Shown one piece after another: positions 27,401 to 38,518 of a stretch of 64,000 bases of DNA. The stretch spans positions 49,240 through 113,239 of the forward strand of contig NIVC01003188.1 in the NCBI GenBank assembly GCA_002269645.1. Direction: 5' to 3'. The stretch comes from Macrostomum lignano (lineage: Eukaryota). Each line of letters opens with the position of its first letter. Within the stretch, counting starts at the first letter, position 1. A program made the translations under genes and the position numbers. A model generated the notes under the pieces. The model did no database searches. It saw only the letters and a list, made by a program, of their open reading frames with translations, and was not told the origin of the DNA.

Positions 27401-28996
27401 CAGTCGAGCGACGGCCCCACTGATGAGTTCAGCACAAGCTCTGGCGTCCTTCAGGGCGACACGCTGGCTCCTCTGCTTTTCATCATGGTCGTGGACTACG
27501 TGCTGCGCCGGTCTCTCCATGATGACGACGGCTATGTGCTAGTCCCACGTCGAAGCTCCCGACACCCTGCAGTCCCGCTGCCGGCTCTTGCGTATGCCGA
27601 CGACATCGCACTCCTCTGTCGCGATCCAGCTGCTGCCCAACGCGCTCTCTTAAGACTCTGCGAGGAGGGCGCTCGGGTTGGACTGATGATCAACGCACTG
27701 AAGACAGAAGTGCTGCACGTGGGCACTGATACCGCCGATATTATCAGTGTGAGAATATCAGTGTGAGATTATCAGTGTAAGAATATCAGTGTGAGAATAT
27801 CAGTGTGAGATTATCAGTGTGAGATTATCAGAGTGAGAATATCAGTGTGAGAATATCAGTGTGAGAATATCAGAGTGAGATTATCAGTGTGAGAATATCA
27901 GTGTGAGATTATCAGAGTGAGATTATCAGTGTGAGATTATCAGTGTGAGATTATCAGTGTGAGATTATCAGTGTGATATTATCAGTGTGATATTATCAGT
28001 GTGAGAATATCAGTGTGAGATTATCAGTGTGAGAATATCAGTGTGAGAATTGGCGGTCCTTGGCACCAGTTTTTCACCCCCACGAATCCACTCTCACATT
28101 GTCAAGCGCGACCTCTGCGCCATCGTTGGCGCGATGCGCTCGGATCCGGGCGAGAAAAGCCTCCGGTTCAGCTGAAATTCCACAGTGAGTGGGCGGATTG
28201 GTGGGCGGCTTGGCAACGATGTGGATTAGATCATCCAGTTTGAAATCTGGTTCTTAACGATAACGAATTTGGCTAACTTTTGGCAATAGTCAAAAGCGCT
28301 TAAAAATTCAGCTATTTCTACTGGCTCATTATTTATAGCGGATATTCTCCTGACTATGATCCAATGACAGTAATAAATAGCGATATGCTTTCACACTGAT
28401 AATATCGCTGATAATCTCACACGGAATATCTCATACTAATAATCTCGAACTGATAATCTCACACTGATAATCTCACACTGATATTCTTACACTGATATTC
28501 TCACACTGATATTCTCACATTGATATTCTCACACTGATATTCTCACACTGATATTCTCACACTGATATTCTCACACTGATATTCTCACACTGATATTCTC
28601 ACACTGATATTCTCACATTGATATTCTCACACTGATATTCTCACACTGATATTCTCACACTGATATTCTCACACTGATATTCTCATACAGCTCAAATGCA
28701 AGACTATCAAGATTCTCCTCACAAAACGAATAGAATGCACAAAATGTACACAGATACAAATGAATGCTCAAGTTTTTCAAATTTTCATATTCCGTACCAT
28801 AAATAAAAATATCGCAAATGCGATGCAAAGAATCGCATTGACGCTACGAACAGTGGGTATATTTTATAATCGAATTGTGCTCTAACTTACATCCGGCGTA
28901 CTGAGAGGAGCGGACACTGAGGCACAGGAACACCAGGCTGAGGTAGGAGGAGAGCAACGGATGCTGATAAAATTTTAGTGAGAAATGAAGGCTCAT
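13670..28996 (-). CDS. ADAM-family (meltrin/ADAM12-19-like) membrane metalloprotease-disintegrin
   Basis: Phase-consistent exons: 28996-28891 (tentative, signal-peptide-like), 24859-24780, 24667-24504, 23452-23271, 23167-23121, 21487-21368 (furin site RSRR|SV, LYIIAD), 20446-20375, 19850-19672, 17841-17757, 17315-16921 ([13 protein letters not shown] zinc motif, Met-turn [19 protein letters not shown]), 15899-15605 (disintegrin, CDLPEFCDG). Then an unresolved stretch, 15090-14385 (Cys-rich/EGF/TM, with a 1-nt frameshift near 14701), and ~14318-13670 (Pro-rich tail). Confidence 0.9.
13870..14200 (-). repeat. Coding 18-bp tandem repeat encoding (PKPTPV)n in the ADAM cytoplasmic tail
   Basis: In frame within the last ADAM exon (ORF 13670-14365), about 18 hexapeptide units. 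Confidence 0.85.
15920..16763. repeat. 54-bp intronic minisatellite (~15.5 copies)
   Basis: Unit CAGCGTAGCTTAGCGGTAGGCGCGTCTGACTCTATCGCAGAGGGGAGGGAGGGA. Confidence 0.95.
17333..17697. repeat. 18-bp intronic minisatellite (GGGTCACTGTGTTCTAAT)n
   Basis: About 20 near-perfect copies. Confidence 0.95.
17880..19590. repeat. 27-bp intronic minisatellite (GATGATGGATTCTGGGGATAGTTAGTT)n with higher-order blocks
   Basis: About 60 copies; a variant block recurs near 18005, 18440 and 18980. Confidence 0.95.
19957..20348. repeat. 33-bp intronic minisatellite (AACATCAAATCACTAAGGATCGGGGAAGAGGGT)n
   Basis: About 12 copies. Confidence 0.95.
20741..21054 (+). mobile_element. Full-length CORE-type SINE (family 1) with 9-bp TSD
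   Basis: A/B boxes, CORE-like body and AT-rich tail. GTAATGCTA flanks both sides (20732-20740 and 21055-21063). Confidence 0.85.
21134..21266. repeat. 12-bp-based repeat (GAGCACTCGGTA/GAGCACTCAGAT)
   Basis: Alternating 12-mers. Confidence 0.85.
21533..22080. repeat. 20-bp intronic minisatellite (GTGTACTCTGGCGATCTCTA)n
   Basis: About 27 near-identical copies. Confidence 0.95.
22563..23025. repeat. 31-bp intronic minisatellite (GCTGTCTCACTGAAGAGTCACAGAGGGGTAA)n
   Basis: About 15 near-identical copies. Confidence 0.95.
23486..24490. repeat. Compound (GT)/(GTCT) simple-repeat tract
   Basis: About 1 kb of GTGTCT/GTCT variants. Confidence 0.95.
24900..25421. repeat. 33-bp minisatellite (CTGGAACCCTTGCAAATAGATCAACTGCTTCCR)n
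   Basis: About 13 regular copies plus degenerate 5' units. Confidence 0.95.
25843..28048 (+). repeat. 14-bp satellite (GTGTGAGAWTATCA)n interrupted by the LINE
   Basis: Arrays at 25843-26348 and 27737-28048. Confidence 0.95.
26349..27736 (-). mobile_element. RTE-clade-like non-LTR retrotransposon, 5'-truncated with an inverted 5' segment; 12-bp TSD
   Basis: The plus strand at 26999-27736 encodes the RT core ([56 protein letters not shown]). The minus strand at 26997-26371 encodes the continuation (DTAPALDL...FRYLGS...[14 protein letters not shown]...LLGHCLR), a stop and a (TA)n tail. GATATTATCAGT is duplicated at 26337-26348 and 27737-27748. Confidence 0.92.
28395..28686 (-). repeat. Inverted-orientation array of the same 14-bp satellite
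   Basis: (CACACTGATATTCT)n is the reverse complement of the 25843-28048 unit. Confidence 0.93.
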
Positions 28997-29157
28997 TCTA
29001 GTATCGAAAGTACGGCTTTGCAACGTTGTTTATATTCGATATAATTTTCTACGCTGTAAAACTACTTAGTAAGGACCAAATTTAAATTGGCGCCAAACTT
29101 ATCTTCGAAGTCGTTGTCTACACACGAGCTCGTTGTGCAAGGAAAGCCGGAAAATCA

Positions 29158-29840
<683 letters not shown>

Positions 29841-30292
29841 CAAAAAAGGAACTTTGATTTCCGAATCAAATAAAAATGCAAAATAATGTGAATCTGAATC
29901 ATCACAGGCACTAACGGAGAATCTGGGGTAACAAGGTCGAATCATAAATTACTTATTGTACTTCAATACTCAATTTCGTTTCTCCGTGAGAGACATGGGC
30001 CAAGACAGAACGTATCACTACAGAATGCATTTCTCACCTTCAAGGCTTCAATATGCATATAAAACTCTTATTTGTTTCATTTGAGATTGATCTACGTATT
30101 AAAAGTATTTTACATGCACACACAGGCAGACGCTCATACAGGTGTACAGCCGGTACTGACTTTCTCAGCGTCAGTCATGCAAACTCCGCGCCTTGCGGAC
30201 GGTTCCTCATCGGTTTGAATTGCATGAAAAGCTCCACACGCCAAGCCATTAGCAACAAATTATTTGACTCAAGCGAATAAAAGAACAAATTC

Positions 30293-33200
30293 TCAAAGGC
30301 GCGTGTCAAAGTCAGCTTCGTTGACGACAACTGGTTGCACCCGGTGCCCACCTGTCGGGCGAATATTTCTGAGCAGCAGAACCAGCGGGTGGATCAGGGA
30401 CACGCAGGTGAGGCCGGCGAGGATGTAGTTAATCTGCAGAGGGGTCAAAGGATGCAGCTAGTGTGTGGCAGTGCATATCTAGCTCAAGGACCACTAGGAA
30501 CACTTCGTTCTAGTCTAGTAGCCCTTGATCCAGCTAAAGGTGCTTTCCTATAAGTGGAAAAAAGTACACATAGCACTGATGTTAAAGTCTACATGTAATC
30601 AATGAAGCTTTATGTATTGCCTAAATATTATGTGTTATTAACCTATTCACTGCTGGTCCGTTTGATCTCAGGTAAGACTCAATTTTTAATAAGCAGTATT
30701 GCTAATCGACCTGTAGTGAAAATACCTTTTACGACGTACATTGCCACTCACTGTCTATGGTGAAAGTTTGGGGCTTTACTCTGTTTGGAATTGATATGAT
30801 TGTCTTGTCAATGGTTCAAAGCATGCCTTGCAGTTGCTCTTGCCAAGGAGTAGCACATTCTTAGTTGCTTAGTCAGTACAAATTTTCGAATATTTTCCAT
30901 CTCACCGTGTCCGGAGTTCGCGAGTCCTGCATCCAGCTGGTGAGCGGCACAGTCAGAAACATGAATGGCGCAGCGCAGCAGAGGACTCCAGTGTACACGA
31001 TGCCAAAGTTCTCCGGCTTGAAGCTGCGGGATCGGTTTTAGGATCGCGTGGCTGTTCGAGTGAAGCAGCTATCCCAGACTCCAAACTCCAAACGACCCGA
31101 ACTCACACAGAGATGCAATAGTTGCTCAGTGTGGAGAACAGAAAGGCCCTGAACACTGCTGTCACAACAAAAGCTGGAATGAGGATGTCTGTGCAGTTCG
31201 GCAGCATCATCAAGCAGCTGATCAGTCCGATCAGACCCGCCAGAGTCAGCGTGGTCACCGTGTTGAGCTTGTAGGTCCGGTAAGTGTTTTGGCGTACTAG
31301 ACTCGAATATGGAGAGGATTATAAAACGAAGCTAACGTGATTGCTTTTTCTATTGCTTCTCAATCAATAATTATTTCAATCACGAGCTAGAAATGCATGC
31401 ATAAACTCAACATGCTTATTTAGGAGTATACCTGCAACACTCTTTCATGCTTTCATGCAAATATGGCAAAGAAAAATATTTAGCAAAAGCATGCATTCAA
31501 CCATCAAATGTAGTCTTTGTATCCTCACGTGTCGGTATGAGCCGCTTCTGCAGGTCCAGCAGCAGGCCGGGAAGCAGCGAGATCAACGGATTAGCAAGAA
31601 AGAAATAGCCGAACACAACAGCGTACTGCTCCACCAGATCCTGGTTCCCATCCGTGATCAAGTCCACGTAGGCGTTTAACGAGCCGAAGAAATAGTTGAG
31701 CCGGAGATTGTTGCAGATCATCCACAGGACCATGAGGAAGAAGTCTGTTGTCAGTAGAAACTGCAGGCCCGAACAGAAGGGCTGTGGTTTCTGTGAATGA
31801 CATAGATGAGTCTTAAGATGAATGTAGGCTTAGTACTTGCTTCAGTGCCAGTAAAATCATAAGAAAGTCCCAACCTCGCTGGAATCCGATTCCCCATCTG
31901 ATTCCGTTGTCTTCTGCCCTTGCTGCTGGGCCTCCTTCTTCGACTTGCGGCCGCGCAGCGAAGCCAAGCTGATATGCTGAGGCGCCGGGCCCGAGTCCAC
32001 CTGGAGCCGGTTGTACTTTCCCGGGTAGACGGCGACTGTCAGGCTGATTGTGAGCACGCCGAGGCCTGTGTACACTCCGAATGCGATGAAGCCGTTGACG
32101 TTGCTGCGAGATATTTGCTGAATGAGAGGTTAAAATTAATATTTTCAGGTGTAAGTAGTTATTTGTGTATACATTCTCGCAGACACGCCACTCGGCTACT
32201 GCAAGAAGAATAACAGAAATTTGTCTGTAAAAGCCTTTGACATAATGCAAATAAAATGTTGGAGGAAAATGGCGATTATAAAACTTTCATCATCCACACT
32301 AGAAATGGCTAGGACCGCGTGAGGCTGAGTTTCACTGATGATGACGCAACAAAACCATCCAGTAGTTGGGAGACCATGCTTCCCGGGAAATATCCCGCCT
32401 GCGGCACTAAATTGCAAACCTTTTGTATTGCTAACCTTTCAGACCGTCAAGATATTCAACGATTCTGCAGAAGGTCGGTGTTGTACTTTGAGGCAGCGTG
32501 GCCAAATGAATACGATGCGAGAAGCGATTGCAGGGTAGAAAAGCAACAAAGGCTTGAAAGGCCGGTGCGCACTTATATTATAATTTACCTACTAACCAGC
32601 ATGATTCAGCAAACCCCCCACCCGGCCTAGGCCGGTCTGGGCAGACAGACAAAATCCCCCCAGCCAATCAGAACGCAAGAACCCTAACCGGCGTACAAGT
32701 CGTACACAACAGTCGGATTTTTCTATAAGCGCCAATCAGCACTGCGCCTTTCCAAATCTTCAAATATCAGCACGTCGACAACATGTGTGCGCATCCTCTC
32801 TGACTTTGGTGGCTACTGGCCTTCATTCAGCCAGGTGGAATTTCTAGACCTTTAACAGGTGACTATAACAACATGTTGCGAATCTTTTTAAGTTCACGGA
32901 TAGAGCCTGGACAGTGGGCAAGCCTTATCTGCTGGACATCCTCATTTAGCCTCTCAAGCATTCAGTCGTCATCCTGACGCCGTCAGCATCTCCAACGTGC
33001 TAGATAAGTCACTCTGTCAAGTAGGGCAAACTGCTCACCACAAGCACCGATGGCACCATTGTGCATGCGCCGAACAGGCCGCTAATCATTGCAGCAACCA
33101 CGAATGGAAATTTCACCATGGTTGACAGCTGCAGGTTAGACATGACCACCTGGATGCCGGAGAGGCCCAGTATCAATGTGCCAGGAAATATCAGCCAGTC

Positions 33201-34570
33201 AGCGCCTGCGGTGCAGTTGGTAGAATAAAGCAATTGGGAAGAAGTTTTATTTAATACCAATGAAGCAAGCCAAAACCAGCACTCGTCACTTTCACTTGTC
33301 ACTTGTCACTTATCACTTGTCACTTGTCACTGTCACTGTCACTTGTCACTTGTCACTTGTCACTGTAAAATTTCACACCTCTACAAAATTTTAATTAGCT
33401 TCAAAGCTGTGCTTCTAATTAGGTAATATCAGCACTCGTTTTAAAGCTGAATACGTAAATTCAAGTCACAGAAAATGTCAAAGTAATCAAAAGTATTGTT
33501 TGGTTTTTTTAACGTGCAGAATAGTGGGGGAATTTTTCATTTACAGCAAAGATCAACGGAAGAAAATTGTACTTTAATTAACTATTCGTTGTAGCAGTGC
33601 GATATCGCACCTTCAAAGATAAAAGAGTTTTCTGTTGAGTGCACACGCCAATGGTTAAAATCTGAACAAAATGCTACTCAAACAAATTTAAGGCAGGTTT
33701 TCACCATTTTTTGCCTCTCGTCAGTCAGTCATAGATCGACCTTAGGCACAGGGTCACAGGTGCGTCCAAAGGTGATAAATAACTTGATTGGAAAGGTGCA
33801 TCCACCTCCAATTCACGAGCACAGGTCAAACCAAGTACACACAAGAGAGAAAGGATAGAGAGAGTACGCTCGCAGACAGTTAAAAAACGGTGTTTTCCGA
33901 CCTCGTTTAAATTGTGAGAATAGTATCAATGGCAGCTGTTAACAGAAAAAGCAATGGTGTGGTAGGGGACGGATCAAAGATATACATGTACATGTCTTGG
34001 ACCTACAGGGGTAAATAGAGCCCAAATAATGCAACTACATTAAGAAATCCCTTCGGTGTTTACCGAGTTACAATCCGTAGAGCCTCAAGAGTTAAATGCT
34101 CGGGATTCAGGTACCTAAGACTTCGATGTCGCTACTCTCCTGGCATCATTCGTGCCTTCCTGCCCTCACACTGACTCAACTCTCTCACCCGGCTGCACCA
34201 GCGTGAAGCAGAGGCTTCCCAGTCCGAACAGCGCCGCAGCGATGGTCTTCACCACTCGGAAGCCCCAACGGTCCAGGATGAACCCGGATGCGACATTGCC
34301 GAACGGCGTCACCACCTGGGTGATGGTGAACGCTAGAGTGATCTGATCGCGCGTTGCAGAACAGCTAGCGGTGGCGTTGGCGCCAGCTGTGACATTGGGT
34401 GCGCACAGGTGGCCGTAGACACCGCGGTCATTGAGCACGGGAACCAGAGAGACCACGCCATAGAATAGACCGGAGAAGAGCAGAGTCTCCAGCATGGCGA
34501 GGCCGATGGTGACGGCGATGCGCAGGTTGGAAGGCGCTGCCAGAGGCGGCTTCTTCTCGCTGTCAGACAT
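30293..34570 (-). CDS. SLC43A3: SLC43-family MFS transporter (SLC43A3/ENBT1-like), copy 1; exons 34570-34189, 33205-33039, 32117-31875, 31790-31529, 31296-31107, 31023-30906, 30433-30293 (500 aa)
   Basis: [61 protein letters not shown] and SLIHPLVLL parallel SLC43A3 (LECLGFAGVLFGWPSL, GYIFDRF, TNLQI, FIGTLN, FPSEHFG, TFFHPFLV). All splice phases are consistent. Exact orthology among SLC43A1/2/3 is not established. Confidence 0.85.
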
Positions 34571-35429
34571 GGCTAATGTACTTTACTGTTTCTTCAACAG
34601 CTGGAGCTCAGTTAATAGGAAAAAGGTATTATTTTAAGTTGAGCAGCAATAATTTATATTAGCAGCACAGCTCAATGGAGGGGTTGGTTGTCTTGAATAG
34701 CCGCGTAGTATCTTATCTGTGTGCGTGCAGTTTGCGGAGGGTAGAGAGGGGAAAACCGCAGCCAGTGAGAACAGGTTACAGACTTGCACTTAGCTGCCGA
34801 CTTTGAAGAGTTCTTTAACTATACCGACTAGTGCTGGATCAAGCGCACCGAAATATGAGGGCTATCTGTGTTCTCTAATATTCATAGAGATTTTTTAACA
34901 GTCATTGTTAAATGAGCATACTCCTAACCAATGTGTTTATTAATTTTTCCGCTCCAAGATTCTATTGGTCGCAAAGTGCAGTGCCCAATGAGAAATTGAG
35001 GTATAGTAGTTCTAGATTTGATACTGCTTTATTATTTAAATTATTGAAAGGATTTAATCACATACGTATTTCCAACTGTAACTCATATTGTTTTATTTGC
35101 CCGCTTCCCCGCTGTTATCTATGGCTAAAGCGGTCTCGCAGACCGAGTTAAGTAGGGCTCGGCAAAGCCGAGCAGAGGAGGCAAGCCTCGCTCAAGAAAG
35201 GGAGCATAAATATACTCGCAGCAGCGTTTCCCTGGCAGTTTAACAGTAGGAATGCCAAGCCATTTTTCCGCCCGTCGAACTACCAAGAGGGGGGGAAAAT
35301 TTCCCCCCCCCTGACAATTTTTTTGCTGCGCCGGAACGGAGCAACGCAGGCACACAAAATTCAAGAACACGGGCCAACTTTTTGTTGCGCACCTTCTCAA
35401 ACAAGAATCAAGTTGCCAACCCTCCGGAC

Positions 35430-36240
35430 CGTCGAGATATTCGACGATTCTGCCAGAAGGTCAGATTTTTCCCATAAGCGCTAGTGTATTCAGTACACCC
35501 CTGTGCGCCAATTAGCACTGCGCCTCAGTGCAGCCTTGCCAAGTCTCCAAATTTCATCAGCACGTCGACCAAATGTGTCTGCATCAGCTCTGACTTCGTT
35601 GGTTACTGGCCTTCACCGAGACGGAGCTTCTAGACCTTCAACAGGTGGCACCAGGTGACTATGAACACCTTGATGCGAATTTCTCTAGTTTCGCCGATCA
35701 AGCCTCGACAGTTGACAAGCCTCAACTGCCAGACACCCTCAGCTAGTCTCCTGAGCATTCCTTCATCATCCCGACACCGACGGCACCTTCAACAGGTGGC
35801 ATCAGGTGACTATGGACGTCCTTTTGCAAATATGTCAGGTCTTTCTTATCAAGCTTCAATAATGGGCAAACCTCAACCGACGGACATTGTCAGCTAGTCT
35901 CTCAAGCATTCCGTCATCATCCCGACGCCGTCGGCTCCTTCAACAGATTACACCAGGTGACTATGAACACCTTGATGCGAATTTCTCAAGTTTCACCGAT
36001 GAAGCCTCGACAGTGGGAAAGCCTCAACTGCCAGACACCCTCAGCTAGTCTCTCAAGCCTTCCGTCATCATCCCGACGCCGTCGGCTCCTTCAACAGATT
36101 ACACCAGGTGACTATGGACATCCTGTTGCAAATATGTCAGGTTTTTCTTATCAAGCTTCAATAATGAGCAAACCTCAACTGCTGTACATCCTCAGCTAGT
36201 CAGTCAAGCATTCAGCCATCACCCCGACTCCTCCTGTGTC
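35430..36240. repeat. Unclassified dispersed repeat with ~300-bp tandem duplication; related copy at ~32440-33000
   Basis: 35640-35940 resembles 35941-36240 (ORFs 35655 and 35957 are near-identical). CCGTC.AGATATTC.ACGATTCTGC and CACGTCGAC...CTCTGACTT...ACTGGCCTTCA are shared with intron 2 of SLC43 copy 1. Confidence 0.7.
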
Positions 36241-37410
36241 GATTATCTAGTCTCCTGTCTCTAATATCCAGTCTCCTGTGTCGATTATCTAGTCTTCCAA
36301 GTCCTGTCTCATGTCTCGTATATCCAGTCTCCTGTCTCTGTTTTTCAGTCTCCTGTCTCTTATATCTAGTCTCCTGTCTTGGATATCCAGTCCCTTGTCT
36401 CTGATATCTAGTCTCCTGTCTCTGATATCTAGTCTCCTGTCTCTGATATCTAGTCTCCTGTCTCTGATATCCAGTCTCCTGTCTCGATTATCTAGTCTTT
36501 CAAGTCCTGTCTGATGTCTGTGTTATCTAGTCTCATGTCTCTGATATCTAGTCTCATGTCTCTGATATCTAGTCTCTTGTCTCTGATATCCAGTCTCCTG
36601 TCTCTGATATCCAGTCTTCTGTCTCTGATATCCAGTCTCTTGTCTCTGATATCCAGTCTCTTGTCTCTGATATCCAGTCTCTTGTCTCTGATATCCAGTC
36701 TCCTGTCTCTGATATCCAGTCTCTTGTCTCTGATATCCAGTCTCTTGTCTCTGATATCCAGTCTCCTGTCTCGATTATCTAGTCTTTCAAGTCCTGTCTG
36801 ATGTCTGTGTTATCTAGTCTCATGTCTCTGATATCTAGTCTCATGTCTCTGATATCTAGTCTCATGTCTCTGATATCTAGTCTCTTGTCTCTGATATCCA
36901 GTCTCCTGTCTCTGATATCCAGTCTTCTGTCTCTGATATCCAGTCTCTTGTCTCTGATATCCAGTCTCTTGTCTCTGATATTTAGTCTCTTGTCTCTGAT
37001 ATCCAGTCTCCTGTCTCTGATATCCAGTCTCTTGTCTCTGATATCCAGTCTCTTGTCTCTGATATCCAGTCTCCTGTCTCTGATATCCAGTCTCCTGTCT
37101 CTGATATCCAGTCTCCTGTCTCTGATATCTAGTCTCCTGTCTCTGATATCCAGTCTCCTGTCTCTGATATCCAGTCTCCTGTCTCTGATATCTAGTCTCC
37201 TGTCTCTGATATCCAGTCTCCTGTCTCTGATATCCAGTCTCCTGTCTCTGATATCTAGTCTCTTGTCTCTGATATCCAGTCTCCTGTCTCTGATATCCAG
37301 TCTCCTGTCTCTGATATCCAGTCTCCTGTCTCTGATATCCAGTCTCTTGTCTCTGATATCCAGTCTCCTGTCTCTGATATCCAGTCTCCTGTCTCTGATA
37401 TCCAGTCTCC
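36240..37410. repeat. 21-bp minisatellite (CTGATATCCAGTCTCCTGTCT)n with 287-bp higher-order duplication
   Basis: About 55 copies; a variant block recurs at ~36483 and ~36770. Confidence 0.95.
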
Positions 37411-38158
37411 CATCACAAGTTTTCCTGACTCTTAAATGCAGTCTTCTGTATCTAGTATGTTTCCTATCTCTAAACTGTGATGAAAAAAATTACATGCGAT
37501 TTAAAGACATAATTATAGTTGTACTACTAGTCTTTAATAGTGTAAATTTTACTCCTAGCAGGCATATTTGAATTCATTTTCGAATTAAAGCAGCACAGTG
37601 GTTTTGTGCAGCCAAAATGTTGCATTAAAATAATTTTTGGAGCAGTTCGCACAAGCGCGTTTAGCATTGAACCTGAAAGCTGCTCACAATTGTAGCTCTC
37701 CTTTGCAGTTCGCGACAGAATTTGTTTTCAAACCCACGAAAAGCTGCTGCCTCTCGCCAGATGCTTAATTGTCAAAAAAGCAATAAAAAATCTGCCACGT
37801 AGGTTCATGGCTCATCAATTGAAAACTACCCAAGCTGCGTTCCGAACACCGGCACGAAGCTTCCCTACTGGAACTGCGATTACTTAACGAACTTACCGTT
37901 TTACATCCCTCGAGAGCGGATTCAGCGCTTTCTTTAACAGATACGGCAGGTGAGGACAGGGCGTACTCTGTCCTCAATCTGTTTGTCTGCTGACTCTGGC
38001 GCCCCGGATTCGGTCGGCAACGCGGCCCCGTGTTCACACCCGAAACCGTACAGGTGCGCGCACGTGACGCCACTGCAGTTTTTACAATCTTAACTGACAT
38101 TGCTGTTAATAATACGAGCTAGCACGAAACTTCATAGGTTTCGCAAAGGGGATGTGAA

Positions 38159-38518
38159 AGGGGGGCCGTAGCCCAGCGGTAGCGCAGCTGCTCTGGTGTG
38201 CCAGCGACCCAGGCTCGATTCCAAGTGCAGTCACATTAATTTGGGGCTGAATTGGAATCTCGGCTTGGCTCTGCTCGTGCAATTAACGGCCTTGAGAGCC
38301 AACCCCCCAAGGCGCAGTGAAGTGTACATGCCTAACGATAAAATAAAGTTAGGGCCGCTGTACACTCCTGTGTGAGTGTGTGCCTGCGTACGTATCCGCG
38401 CGCTTGTATGCCTGCTCAGGGGAGTCGGCGGAATGGGCAGTAATGCCTCTCGCCGGTTTTGTGCCAATGTCGCTTAAAGTGCGCCAGGGTGCACACAACC
38501 CCCCTGCCTCTAATAAAA
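38159..38518 (+). mobile_element. Full-length tRNA-derived SINE (family 2) with A tail and 14-bp TSD
   Basis: Head GGGGGCCGTAGCCCAGCGG...GGCTCGATTCC, tail TAATAAAAAA. AAAGGGGATGTGAA at 38145-38158 and 38519-38532. Confidence 0.85.

Noticed and set aside
28100-28247. Constitutive ADAM exon 2 in the spacer between inverted satellites
   Set aside because: It would be phase 1 to 0, whereas exon 1 (phase 1) joins 24859 (phase 1) directly in frame. It is kept only as a possible cryptic exon.
36311-37571. Repeat-derived ORFs (ISSLLSL, WHLEGIS, SLCSNG/LEHSDP, CLSV, QDASLRMP etc.) as real proteins
   Set aside because: They are stop-free by virtue of unit composition, with no domain context or splice support.
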